In this document: positions 48,787-58,109 of the stretch, piece by piece
Layout of the letters: the number at the start of each line of letters is the position of its first letter
Position numbering within the stretch: position 1 is the stretch's first letter
IMG/VR virus record: IMGVR_UViG_3300032931_001151
Coordinates: 62,001 to 126,000 of that record
DNA length: 64,000 nucleotides
Strand: one strand, 5' to 3'
Notes under the pieces: model-generated
Told to the model about the DNA's origin: nothing
Seen by the model: only the letters and a program-made list of their open reading frames with translations
Database searches by the model: none
Made by a program: the position numbers and the translations under genes

Positions 48787-49557
48787 TCAATAATTACAAA
48801 GTTCATCATATTTTCTTGACATTATATCGAGCCTATTCTTAAATCCCGCATAATGTCTTAAAATATTTGTACCTTTTTTATCATAACGAAAGGAGACAAA
48901 TGAATCGTCTCCTTTTGTTGATTTGATTAGACCGCTTCGTATTATATAATTCAGTGAGGGTTGATCATACCACCATTTATAAATTTTATCATTATGATTA
49001 AAAATGGTAGATCTCCATATATCGTAAGTGCCGGTATATATAGAGTCTCTACTAATTATGTATTGTCCGGAGTTTATACCTCTAAAATCTTTTAATAAAA
49101 ATAAATCTCGATGATTAAAATATCTTGAGAAAAATGGTTTGTTGATATTCATTGTGCTCTCATAATACACGAAATCATTTGTTGGCTCGTTGAAATAATT
49201 AGTTATTTTGTTTTCACATATTATGTCGTCGTCAAGAACCATTATTTTTGAATATTTCCCAACGTCTATGTGTTCATCAATATACATTTTTAAGAACGCT
49301 GGATGAAAAACATGTTTAGGTTCTATGGTTGAAACATCATATTTGGAGAATTCTCTATGGTTATCGGTTATTACGAGAATTTCATCTTTATACTCTCCAA
49401 ATTTACGAAGACTCTTAATAAGTATTTTCGCCATATCGTAATGTTCGCAGTGTGAAGTTGATATGATACAAATTAAATTCTTCTCATTTCCGCCCAACTT
49501 TTCTAACTTATTTTTGATTATTTCTGGGTGTATCTGTGTATCTCTAATTATTCTCAT
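48787..49557 (-). CDS. GT-A glycosyltransferase (GT8-like)
   Basis: LIKSLR, VLDDDII (DxD), INSG, DQPSLN, RHYAG. Confidence 0.8.
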   Translation of the reverse strand: MRIIRDTQIHPEIIKNKLEKLGGNEKNLICIISTSHCEHYDMAKILIKSLRKFGEYKDEILVITDNHREFSKYDVSTIEPKHVFHPAFLKMYIDEHIDVGKYSKIMVLDDDIICENKITNYFNEPTNDFVYYESTMNINKPFFSRYFNHRDLFLLKDFRGINSGQYIISRDSIYTGTYDIWRSTIFNHNDKIYKWWYDQPSLNYIIRSGLIKSTKGDDSFVSFRYDKKGTNILRHYAGFKNRLDIMSRKYDELCNY

Positions 49558-49560
49558 TTA

Positions 49561-50283
49561 TTATTCTCCCGTTAGCAAATCTTTATAATCATCCTTATGT
49601 TTAAATCTTTTCATCACTTTACCTTCTATGTCTGAATAGTCATCAAGTTGTAGAGCATATTCTTTTCCTGTACAATATGTTATTAGTCCACTATTAACTA
49701 AAGTATAATCTAACCCGTTCTTATCCGTTTCTTTCTTCTTCATATGACTGTATATCTTCTCCAAATTATTTAAATATAAACATTGTGTACACCATGGCTT
49801 ACGGCTCATTCTTACTACAATCTCTTTCATTTGTTCGTTAGTTAATTTGTGTATTTGTGGATTATGGAAACAAAGTATCTCACAATCAGTCTCCCTAACT
49901 GCCTCCATTATGCTTCCAATATCATCTAAAATACATTTCCTGAATAGAACATCATCTTCTAAAAACAATATACGCTTCTCACCTCTACTCATAGCCAATT
50001 CAAGGATTTTGATGAACGATAGTTTATTCCCAACCGACCCATCTTTGTGCCTTATGGCATTGAATAATGTATAAGTAGAATTTAGTTGCTTGAATTGCCT
50101 ATTGAGGATTTCAAGCCTATCAGTCCGTTCTTCAAGATGATTGACATAAATGTTGTCAAAATATGCATTTAGGGAGTTGCTTGAAATATTAACGATACTA
50201 TCTCTCTTATCTCTCAACTCCTTTAAAATGCATTCTAAAGTTCCTCTATGAGTATGTAGATTTGAATCTCGAATCACCTTCAT
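49561..50283 (-). CDS. GT25-like glycosyltransferase
   Basis: IYVNHLEERTDR, FNAI, GNKLSF, ILFLEDD. Confidence 0.82.
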   Translation of the reverse strand: MKVIRDSNLHTHRGTLECILKELRDKRDSIVNISSNSLNAYFDNIYVNHLEERTDRLEILNRQFKQLNSTYTLFNAIRHKDGSVGNKLSFIKILELAMSRGEKRILFLEDDVLFRKCILDDIGSIMEAVRETDCEILCFHNPQIHKLTNEQMKEIVVRMSRKPWCTQCLYLNNLEKIYSHMKKKETDKNGLDYTLVNSGLITYCTGKEYALQLDDYSDIEGKVMKRFKHKDDYKDLLTGE

Positions 50284-50893
50284 AACAAATCCTCATAAAT
50301 CCGCCTATGGTCAAATCGTCTCATAATCCTATTTTTAATATTTGAATAGTCGTCCAATTGTATGGCATATTCTTTACCCGTACAATATGATATTAGTCTA
50401 CTATAAACTAAAGTGTAATCTAAACCATTCGTATTGGATTCTCTTTCCTTCACATGCTCATAAATCTTCCCTAAATTACTCAAATATAAACACTGATTAC
50501 ACCAAATCTTATGCTTTCGTCTCACGATAAGCATTTTCTTTTCGTCTTCCGTTAGTTTAACTATTTGAGGATTATGGAAACAAAGTATCTCACAATCAGT
50601 CTCTCTAACTGCCTTCATTATGCTTCCGATATCATCTAAGATGCACTTCCGAAATAGTACATCATCTTCTAAAAACAATATACGCTTCTCACCTCTACTC
50701 ATAGCCAACTCAATAATTTTGATGAAAGATAGTTTATTCCCTACCGATCCATCTTTATGTCTTATGGCATTGAATAATGTATAAGTAGAATTAAGTTGCT
50801 TGAATTGCCTATTGAGGATTTCAAGCCTATCAGTCCGTTCTTCAAGATGATTGACATAGATGTTGTCAAAATATGCATTTAGGGAGTTGCTTG
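49853..50893. repeat. direct repeat pair, 49853-50183 vs 50563-50893 (offset 710)
   Basis: 20 mismatches in about 331 nt by hand alignment. Confidence 0.9.
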
Positions 50894-50957
50894 GAGTAGC
50901 CTTCATCTCCTTTGTAGTCGGTATGATCAATTTAGGAGTTTCGTGGAGTATTTTCAT
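50280..50957 (-). CDS. GT25-like glycosyltransferase, tandem duplicate
   Basis: Same motifs; start MKILHET at 50957 overlaps upstream stop (ATGA). Confidence 0.82.
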   Translation of the reverse strand: MKILHETPKLIIPTTKEMKATPSNSLNAYFDNIYVNHLEERTDRLEILNRQFKQLNSTYTLFNAIRHKDGSVGNKLSFIKIIELAMSRGEKRILFLEDDVLFRKCILDDIGSIMKAVRETDCEILCFHNPQIVKLTEDEKKMLIVRRKHKIWCNQCLYLSNLGKIYEHVKERESNTNGLDYTLVYSRLISYCTGKEYAIQLDDYSNIKNRIMRRFDHRRIYEDLL

Positions 50958-51328
50958 TCTTTCCGTTCCCACCATTTTTCAACTTTGTATTCATCGTAAT
51001 TCAATACACAATCCCAATATTCTTCTTTACTTCTATAAACCCACATAGGAATTCTAAATCCGGCGGCAATAAAACATGGACCGGATTGGGGTGTAATAAG
51101 TAAATCTAGGCTTCGTATCATTTCTACTATCCATTTAATATCACCTTTAGTTGGCCTCCAATCTTCGACCCCTTTAGGGATATATGTATTATCTTTATTT
51201 CCTATGGCAATTATAGTATGATCTGGATATTGCTCATGGGCTTGGGCGACCATTTCATCTACTATATGATTTGGAATATCCCCTTGAGTATTTGAGTGAG
51301 TTATTAAGCCAATTAGTTTGAGTCTCAT
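50954..51328 (-). CDS. C-terminal Rossmann half of a GT9-like (GT-B) glycosyltransferase
   Basis: EMIRSLDLLITPQSGPCFIAAGFRIP resembles GT9 D..I..DSGP.H.AAA...P; start MRLKLIG at 51328. Confidence 0.75.
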   Translation of the reverse strand: MRLKLIGLITHSNTQGDIPNHIVDEMVAQAHEQYPDHTIIAIGNKDNTYIPKGVEDWRPTKGDIKWIVEMIRSLDLLITPQSGPCFIAAGFRIPMWVYRSKEEYWDCVLNYDEYKVEKWWERKE

Positions 51329-51330
51329 AA

Positions 51331-52065
51331 TTATTCCATATCCCAATATTTCTTGACCAAAATAGTATACTCTTCATTTAATTCTTTATCTAATTCTTTA
51401 TTGTATTTCTTTTTTAGTTCATAATATAATTGCGAAATTCTTTTAAACCATTTCCATTTATATTTTGCATCATTTATTAATTCCCGCACCATTTCGACGT
51501 TGCTATCATATAATTTAAATAAAATAATTTTTATTAGATCTTGGGCATTCGTACCACATACTTCTTCAAATACTTTTCCGGATTTTAACTCTTTCTCTAT
51601 TGAATTTGCCACCTCTTGATAATATGCATTAAACTCTCTATCATTGTTATACTCAGAAGATGTAACCGAACGTGGATGATAATTATCTTTCCATCCCATA
51701 TAGTTTAGAAAATGCACCACTTCATGGAATAGATCGTCTTTCATTTTCTCTACGATTTTATAGTATTCTTTATTTTCAAATTCAGCACCTAGTCCTCTTG
51801 ATATAGCATTTAAATTTATCATTGGATATTTATTACGATCTAATACCGTGAAATATCCCGGAACATTAATTCTATTTTTATTATTAGTTATGCCGACCAA
51901 AAGCGAATATTTAACTAAATATACATCTTTCTTTCCACTATTCTTGAATTCTTTTAATATATCATCAACAATATCATTTACTTGATTTCTAAAATTTTCA
52001 TCATCTATTCTTTCCACTAAAAAATGCCCATTTATATAATTCTCATAAAATTCACTAAATTTCAT
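51331..52065 (-). CDS. putative zinc metallopeptidase-like protein (HExxH), possible internal head protein
   Basis: LFHEVVH...REFNAY; start MKFSEFYE at 52065 after GAGG. Confidence 0.65.
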   Translation of the reverse strand: MKFSEFYENYINGHFLVERIDDENFRNQVNDIVDDILKEFKNSGKKDVYLVKYSLLVGITNNKNRINVPGYFTVLDRNKYPMINLNAISRGLGAEFENKEYYKIVEKMKDDLFHEVVHFLNYMGWKDNYHPRSVTSSEYNNDREFNAYYQEVANSIEKELKSGKVFEEVCGTNAQDLIKIILFKLYDSNVEMVRELINDAKYKWKWFKRISQLYYELKKKYNKELDKELNEEYTILVKKYWDME

Positions 52066-52066
52066 T

Positions 52067-53227
52067 TTATTTCCTCTCACAATTAAAATGTATATCAAAC
52101 GATTTAGGATTTGTCATGGTTGGATCCATAAATCTATAAAATCTCTTCACTCCATTCATTGTAGGCCATTCTTCTAATTTTGGATTACAACCACAATCAA
52201 TAGCATACGGTATATTTTCTCTTGGAACCCACTCAACCCCGTCAAAATACTCTAAAATACCCTTGCGAGACTCTTGGAACCACACTTTAACTGGCTTACC
52301 CGTCTTTATATAATACAAATGAGCCGCAGCAACAAACCCTATAACATCTCCAAGTAACGAGTGACCACACCAAAATCCTCTATTATTAGGTGATATATAT
52401 TTTTTATCATATTCGGCTATTAATGCATCTTTGGATCTCATACAATGAACTATTGATGGCTTTACAATCCTCTTATCGCCATTCATATAATCTTCAAATA
52501 CCCACGGTTGATACGAGGGTAGTCCACCTTTCCAATAATTAGTCCAATCGGAACACCAAAGATGTTTAGTTTTATCTAAGGTTCTTTCATATGGATCTTG
52601 CATAATATGACCAACATAAGCTAATGCGGGTTCTTCCGTGAAGTTTTTGTATCCTTTATTGTGAGCATCTTCAAAAAACTTCGTAGTTCTTTGATAGAAC
52701 TCATCAATAGCATCTTTAGAAATACCCCAAAATCCCGCATTAGTATTCCAATATTTATTTGTTGTAACCCCGTGTTCTTTCAATAGATTACAATAATCTT
52801 CTAATTTACACCCCCACCAATTGTCTCTATGTTTTGAGTTTATTGGGTTAACTTCATTCTCCATTTGTACGAAAACTTTACTATTTCCAATTTCTTTAGT
52901 CAAATCTCCGGGATTAGCAACGAAGTAACAGTCCGCATCGAGAAACACATAATAATCATAATTAAGTTTACTTACTTCATTTTTGAGGAAATGGAACTTA
53001 AACATATATAGCTTTTTATCAAATTTACCACAAGGATGCACTATAGCACCTTCAATTGAAGGTAAGTCCGTAAAAATGTGGAAGTCTTGAGTTACCCCTA
53101 CTCGTCTTGCCGATTCAACCATAGTAGAAGCCATTTTCCCATGATTCTCGGAGGCAACGGTCCAATAGCAGAATGTTTTTTTATTACTTCTTGTTATTAT
53201 TTTACCAATTGATTCTGGAAGATTCAT
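52067..53227 (-). CDS. GT-A glycosyltransferase fused to the N-terminal half of a GT9-like domain
   Basis: VFLDADC, NAGFW, EEPALA, IVH; then GHSLLGDVI...KVWF..ILEYF. Confidence 0.78.
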   Translation of the reverse strand: MNLPESIGKIITRSNKKTFCYWTVASENHGKMASTMVESARRVGVTQDFHIFTDLPSIEGAIVHPCGKFDKKLYMFKFHFLKNEVSKLNYDYYVFLDADCYFVANPGDLTKEIGNSKVFVQMENEVNPINSKHRDNWWGCKLEDYCNLLKEHGVTTNKYWNTNAGFWGISKDAIDEFYQRTTKFFEDAHNKGYKNFTEEPALAYVGHIMQDPYERTLDKTKHLWCSDWTNYWKGGLPSYQPWVFEDYMNGDKRIVKPSIVHCMRSKDALIAEYDKKYISPNNRGFWCGHSLLGDVIGFVAAAHLYYIKTGKPVKVWFQESRKGILEYFDGVEWVPRENIPYAIDCGCNPKLEEWPTMNGVKRFYRFMDPTMTNPKSFDIHFNCERK

Positions 53228-54012
53228 TTAATTCTCTTGCCTTTCCCATTGCCTTTGCACACTTGAGGTTCACAATTCTGGTATTCACACCAACTACATA
53301 GAACTGATGGGCATGGCTTCCATTTTGACACATCATCAACGTCAAGGGCTAATATGGTGTTTATACCATTCCCTATTCTATTTTCAGCATCTTCAATGGA
53401 ATCAGCTTCTAAAATTTCTTCTTTTACAAAATCGTCTATCTCAAATCCCGAACCAGCACATAGATATACTCCTTGAAATTTAAGTTTTTTAGGAGTCTTA
53501 CCTGTTACTTTAGATATAAGATAATAATAGAAAGCAAATTGTGCCGTATGATCTCCCGTTTTTTTAGAAGTTTTATAATCTACCACACACCAATTCTCTT
53601 CTTCATCTCTATATAAAACGTCTATTTTTCCGGTTACATCTATATAAGGACTTAAAGCAATTCTAAATTCCTTTTCATGATAAACTTTTGAACTATTTGC
53701 CAATTTAGCATTATAAAACGCTTCAATTCTCTTAAAGGCTAATGGGAGTTTAGCCGCATATTCTTGAGTTAATATATATTTTTGATTATATAAATTAAAT
53801 AATCTTTTAATTTCATCTTGACCACCACCAAAGTAATTTTCCGCAATTTCATGGCATAAATTGCCGAAATCTGTAACATCATTATCTTTCTCTACTCGCT
53901 TCTTTTCTACATATTTTAAATACCAAGAATACCGACACTTTTCTATAGCACCCAAACTAGAGTGAGATAATGTAAATACTGTAGTATCGTGAGTGGTCTT
54001 AGTTTTTTGCAT
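53224..54012 (-). CDS. RecB/Cas4-like PD-(D/E)XK exonuclease
   Basis: LSHSS....CRY, G..CHE, GKID, VDYKT, QFAFY, C.WC...C; start MQKT at 54012 after AGGA. Confidence 0.88.
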   Translation of the reverse strand: MQKTKTTHDTTVFTLSHSSLGAIEKCRYSWYLKYVEKKRVEKDNDVTDFGNLCHEIAENYFGGGQDEIKRLFNLYNQKYILTQEYAAKLPLAFKRIEAFYNAKLANSSKVYHEKEFRIALSPYIDVTGKIDVLYRDEEENWCVVDYKTSKKTGDHTAQFAFYYYLISKVTGKTPKKLKFQGVYLCAGSGFEIDDFVKEEILEADSIEDAENRIGNGINTILALDVDDVSKWKPCPSVLCSWCEYQNCEPQVCKGNGKGKRIK

Positions 54013-54038
54013 AATATTTCCTATTATGCTATTATACC

Positions 54039-54278
54039 TCAAATTATATGGATTTCAACACCCATTTCAGTTAATTCAAGAATATCTTCGGTAAAGTATT
54101 TCGACTCTATTACTAATGTATCGGTTTCAAATATATAATCATCAAGATCATCACCCGATACTTCTTCAAAATCTTTCCCATATACATCCGACATAAACAA
54201 TAATATCTTTTTTGTTTTAGATTCATTTTCTTCAAATATAGCAAATGAAGTTTCTTCTAAATCGGAAAAGTAAAGCAT
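54039..54278 (-). CDS. acidic hypothetical protein
   Basis: AGGAG RBS. Confidence 0.7.
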   Translation of the reverse strand: MLYFSDLEETSFAIFEENESKTKKILLFMSDVYGKDFEEVSGDDLDDYIFETDTLVIESKYFTEDILELTEMGVEIHII

Positions 54279-54287
54279 TGTAATCTC

Positions 54288-54716
54288 CTAGTAAAAGAAA
54301 TGTAAATGGTTGTTATTGCTATTTATTATAGAAATGCCATTATAATGAAATTTATTATCTCTCATTTCTTTTATAAGCTCTTTATACTTACTACTTTTTA
54401 TTACTTTTCCTATTACATCATATCTATATTCACTCTCGGGGGTCTTTTTAATAGTTTCTTCAATCTCCTTAAAGTTGCTATTGATTTGTCTCCAAGAATT
54501 AATTAACGTATTTATTTCTACGATGTGTTCAATTATGCAACAAAATTCCCATAATCTGGCCTTAGAATCTATTGTTCCATTTTTAGTATATTCTTGTATA
54601 TCTTTTTTGTCTTCATCTAAAAGATATTTATTTTCAATAAAGATGTTTCTAAATGATGAAATAAACCTAACCATCTTTAGAATGGTTTGAATATCTATTA
54701 GGAGTGGTTCAGGCAT
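54288..54716 (-). CDS. hypothetical protein
   Basis: Overlapping operon packing. Confidence 0.7.
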   Translation of the reverse strand: MPEPLLIDIQTILKMVRFISSFRNIFIENKYLLDEDKKDIQEYTKNGTIDSKARLWEFCCIIEHIVEINTLINSWRQINSNFKEIEETIKKTPESEYRYDVIGKVIKSSKYKELIKEMRDNKFHYNGISIINSNNNHLHFFY

Positions 54717-54945
54717 TTTGAAGAACTTCTATCAAATAATCTATTTGAGATGAAATAAGAGTTTTTGAATATTTTCCATTTTCAAATTTATAATCAACTA
54801 TAAAAAACTTATTAAATACATTGTAAACCATATTACAATTATAATATTCAAGTACGGTTAAATTTGGATGTATTCTACTTCTTTTTCCTTTTTCAAGAGT
54901 AATATATTCTTCTTGAATCGGGATTGTGTTAATCATTATTTGCAT
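54709..54945 (-). CDS. hypothetical protein
   Basis: Operon packing. Confidence 0.6.
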   Translation of the reverse strand: MQIMINTIPIQEEYITLEKGKRSRIHPNLTVLEYYNCNMVYNVFNKFFIVDYKFENGKYSKTLISSQIDYLIEVLQNA

Positions 54946-54947
54946 AA

Positions 54948-55226
54948 TTATGCCTTTTGTATAAGTTCTTCAACCTTTTCTTTCGGAATATTAACTTTAA
55001 AAGCAAATCTAATATCTTCAATATGTCTTAAATCAAGTACAACGTCCACCGAATGAATATCAACTTCTCCTATTCTTTTTTTAGCTTCATTCGTTATCTT
55101 AACTCTTAAGTAGTGTAAAGTATCAGCACTAAAGAATTTAGACTCTTTAGAGTATTCGGAGAGAACTTCGTCAATTATCTCTCCTAATATTTTTTGCTTT
55201 TCTGGTTCTAGTTTAAATTCTTCCAT
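54948..55226 (-). CDS. hypothetical protein
   Basis: AAGGA RBS. Confidence 0.7.
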   Translation of the reverse strand: MEEFKLEPEKQKILGEIIDEVLSEYSKESKFFSADTLHYLRVKITNEAKKRIGEVDIHSVDVVLDLRHIEDIRFAFKVNIPKEKVEELIQKA

Positions 55227-55238
55227 ATATCCTTTCTA

Positions 55239-56579
55239 TTATTTCACGGGGAGCGGTGGAACCGCATTATCTAATCCTTCTTCCTCTGGAGTTGCTTCTG
55301 GAGTTTCTGGTGTTGCTTCAGGAGTTGCTTCGGTAGGAGTTTCCGATGTTGCTTCGGGTGTTGCTTCAGGTGACTCCCCTTTAGTCGGCGTCGTTTCGGC
55401 GGCAACTTCCTCTGGCTTGGACTCTTCTTGATCTTTTATATCACCTTCGCCTAAGTTCTGAGAATTAAATATAACATATACTTGACCCATAGAACCCGAT
55501 TCTTGATTATATACACTCGTTAACGTTCTAAAAATATTACTTCTAACGAATATAGGATCTTCTTTATTTGATTTTATAAACTCGTGTACTAATGACGGAA
55601 CCATTACGTTAACTTTATCGAGTGGAATCTTATAGTTCTCACCTTCTTCAGTAACCATTGCCCCTATATCAATCAAATTTGCTCTAATAGCTGGAGCATT
55701 TGAGAAGTTTATTTTGATAGTTCTCAAAAAGTTTATAGCCTTTGATTTATCTTGCCAATTCTTTCCGAAATTCGTTTCAAGGTATGCATTTATTTTATCA
55801 TATGCTTGGCGTTTCATATCGGTTGAAAGTTCATTGTTAGCATTATATATTGGAACATTGGAATTATGAATTATTATGTTCTTCTCTCTCTTATCCATTA
55901 AAGGGTATGTTTTTCTTAATTCTCTATTTTTATCTCTTAACATATCTCTTTGAGAAGGAGTAAGTAAATTCATAACATCTTTAGAAGAGATTCCAGATTT
56001 TAAATCGTCTTCTGGTATAAGTTTCTTCAAATCAAGTCCGACATTGACATATTTAAATTTTTCTAATCTAATATTGTTTTCATTGGTTAAGCTATAATCA
56101 ACATCTACGTCTCCACTATCAGCGAACATCTTTGTTACTTTTTGCTCAGGGGTTTCTTGCGGTTCAACTGGAGATTCGGGGGTAATTTCAGGCTCTACTG
56201 GAGCATCTTCCGTTGGTAGTTCTTTCGTATCATCTTTAGTTTCTTTAGGTGGTGGAGTTTCATCTTTACTTATCTCAGCGTCTATCATATCATCTAAAGA
56301 TTCTTCCCCTTCTGCCTCAATTATTCCAAATTGAGTTTCGCCTGGCTCTTTGGCTACACATATTGGACCCGCATAACCACCGCCTCCACCTTCCGATTGA
56401 CTTAATGACGATTGACCGGTTCCATATAATTTTGGACCAGCGCCGAATAATACACCCTCGGCAATTATGGCCTTCACTTTATTTCTAACTGGTGGTTCTA
56501 TCACGACTTGAGTCTTAACCGGCTCCAATTTGATAGGTTTAGGTGACTCATAAAATAATGATTTAATTTTGTTCGACAT
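55239..56579 (-). CDS. acidic Pro/Glu/Thr-rich late protein (prohead core/internal-protein candidate)
   Basis: Late-promoter motif upstream; PEAT repeats at about 55283-55372. Confidence 0.65.
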   Translation of the reverse strand: MSNKIKSLFYESPKPIKLEPVKTQVVIEPPVRNKVKAIIAEGVLFGAGPKLYGTGQSSLSQSEGGGGGYAGPICVAKEPGETQFGIIEAEGEESLDDMIDAEISKDETPPPKETKDDTKELPTEDAPVEPEITPESPVEPQETPEQKVTKMFADSGDVDVDYSLTNENNIRLEKFKYVNVGLDLKKLIPEDDLKSGISSKDVMNLLTPSQRDMLRDKNRELRKTYPLMDKREKNIIIHNSNVPIYNANNELSTDMKRQAYDKINAYLETNFGKNWQDKSKAINFLRTIKINFSNAPAIRANLIDIGAMVTEEGENYKIPLDKVNVMVPSLVHEFIKSNKEDPIFVRSNIFRTLTSVYNQESGSMGQVYVIFNSQNLGEGDIKDQEESKPEEVAAETTPTKGESPEATPEATSETPTEATPEATPETPEATPEEEGLDNAVPPLPVK

Positions 56580-56618
56580 GGTTAAAAGTACCTTTTTGTA
56601 TTATAGCCTCTTTTAACT

Positions 56619-56626
56619 TATTTATA
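56619..56626 (-). promoter_or_regulatory. T4-type late promoter TATAAATA
   Basis: Exact octamer on minus strand in the gap between dUTPase and the 446-aa gene. Confidence 0.55.
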
Positions 56627-56632
56627 TAATAT

Positions 56633-57082
56633 TTATTGACCAGACGACCCGAATCCTTTAGTCCCTCTAGAATCATTGGTTGGCATAGCATCAAGTTGTT
56701 TCAATGTAACTTGAGGTACTCTTTTAAAGATCATTTGGGCTATTTTTGATCCTTTTGGTAGGTTTACTACTTCCTTACTAGTATTCAATAGAATAACCTT
56801 AATATTATTATGGTAAGTGTAATCTATAGTTCCAGGAGTATTTACTATAGTTAACCCCAATTTTAGAGCATTTCCGCTCCTTGGGCGAATTTGAGCTTCC
56901 CAAATATCATTTGAAGTGGTCATGTCAACTACGACCCCCGTATCTACTAACTTTCGTTCTCCTGGATTAATAGATACTTCCTCAACGGAGGACAAATCCC
57001 ATCCCGCATCCGTAGGATTGGCCTTGGATGGCATTTTAGCATCCAAATGATTTAAATAGACTCCGAAAGTAATATCTTCCAT
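56633..57082 (-). CDS. dut: trimeric dUTPase
   Basis: AGWDL, RPRSG, NTPGTID..Y, KIAQM, RGTKGFGSSG. Confidence 0.96.
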   Translation of the reverse strand: MEDITFGVYLNHLDAKMPSKANPTDAGWDLSSVEEVSINPGERKLVDTGVVVDMTTSNDIWEAQIRPRSGNALKLGLTIVNTPGTIDYTYHNNIKVILLNTSKEVVNLPKGSKIAQMIFKRVPQVTLKQLDAMPTNDSRGTKGFGSSGQ

Positions 57083-57107
57083 AATTATTTCCTTAATTGG
57101 GTTTTCT

Positions 57108-57168
57108 AATTATAGCATAAAAATAAATCCAAAATATAAAAAATTTGTACTAGCTCTATGCTATAATT
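57108..57168. promoter_or_regulatory. divergent extended -10 promoters (TATGCTATAATT on both strands)
   Basis: Perfect 12-bp inverted repeat 57108-57119 / 57157-57168 between dut and the GT25 genes. Confidence 0.7.
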
Positions 57169-57194
57169 GCTACATCTTAATATAGGAAAATAAT

Positions 57195-58109
57195 ATGATA
57201 AAGGCAAAATTCTATCTAATAAATCTTGAAAAAGATACCGCTAAATTAGAGTGGTGTAAAAAAGTAATTGGCGATAGATTTGAATTTGAAGTATTTAAGG
57301 CTATTGAAGTGGGAGAAAAAGAAGATATAAAAAACTTTAAAACTAAGGGAGAATATGGGTGCTTCCAAAGTCATATGAAAGTAATGGAAAAGTGTCTAAA
57401 AGAAAAAGATAGTTATGATTTATTTTTCATCATGGAAGATGATATATTATTTGTAGAGAATTTTGATAAGTATTTCAACGATGTTGTGGATAAACTTGTT
57501 AAAACCGACTACGATGTATGTTTGTTTTATGATTGGTCTAAAACCGACGATTTAACAGAAGATATAATTTCACTTAAAAAAACCGATTCGTTATATTTAC
57601 ATTTTTATGCTATACATCCTAATAAAATAGGAAAAATGCTTTGGTATGGTAATACATATTGGTGCCCATTAGATTATATTATAAAGCATGAAAGTAGTCA
57701 AGGAAATATAAACGCAATAACAACATCTAAAATTCTTGTTAAACAAAATAGATTTTTTGATTCTGCATTAACTGGATATGGATTTAGAGGAGAGCTAAAC
57801 GGCGTTCTTGATTGTGTATATCCGTATGATGACATGTATTCTAAAGAATGTGAATTAATTGGAAAATGGAAACTTTACAAGACTAATTTTAGAGATATAT
57901 TAGAATTTTTTATTGACGGATCCGTTACTTGCGAACAATCAAAACTTACGGGTGGGAGATGGAGAATGATACACAACGAGGTAATAATAACATTTTTACA
58001 ACCCGAAGTATTTGAAATAATCTATTTAAAAAATAATAAAGTATATAGTAAAATGCCGGGAGAAAGTTGGGATACTATGAAAACTTTTATTATAAAAGAG
58101 GGAAAATGA
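57195..58109 (+). CDS. GT25-like glycosyltransferase + C-terminal beta domain
   Basis: YLINLEKD, FKAI, GCFQSH, IMEDD, HFYAI; LIGKW...GGRWR. Confidence 0.85.
   Translation: MIKAKFYLINLEKDTAKLEWCKKVIGDRFEFEVFKAIEVGEKEDIKNFKTKGEYGCFQSHMKVMEKCLKEKDSYDLFFIMEDDILFVENFDKYFNDVVDKLVKTDYDVCLFYDWSKTDDLTEDIISLKKTDSLYLHFYAIHPNKIGKMLWYGNTYWCPLDYIIKHESSQGNINAITTSKILVKQNRFFDSALTGYGFRGELNGVLDCVYPYDDMYSKECELIGKWKLYKTNFRDILEFFIDGSVTCEQSKLTGGRWRMIHNEVIITFLQPEVFEIIYLKNNKVYSKMPGESWDTMKTFIIKEGK

Noticed and set aside
49853-50893. Repeat pair as a DGR template/variable repeat
   Set aside because: Mismatches are mostly synonymous and not adenine-restricted, both copies are coding, and no reverse transcriptase is in the window.
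51331-52065. Insert as a group I/II intron or IS element
   Set aside because: Almost no non-coding sequence for a ribozyme core, no terminal inverted repeats, and no transposase or homing-nuclease motifs; kept only as an unexplained insertion.
53224-54012. Cas4-like gene as part of a CRISPR-Cas locus
   Set aside because: No repeat-spacer array or other cas genes seen; stand-alone RecB-family nucleases are routine in phages.
54009-54029. 8-bp hairpin GCATAATA/TATTATGC covering the nuclease start codon
   Set aside because: Short and AT-rich, could be chance, and does not match the recurrent hairpin design.
56581-56617. 8-bp inverted repeat upstream of the 446-aa gene
   Set aside because: Long loop, weak stem, and the RBS lies in the loop rather than the arm.
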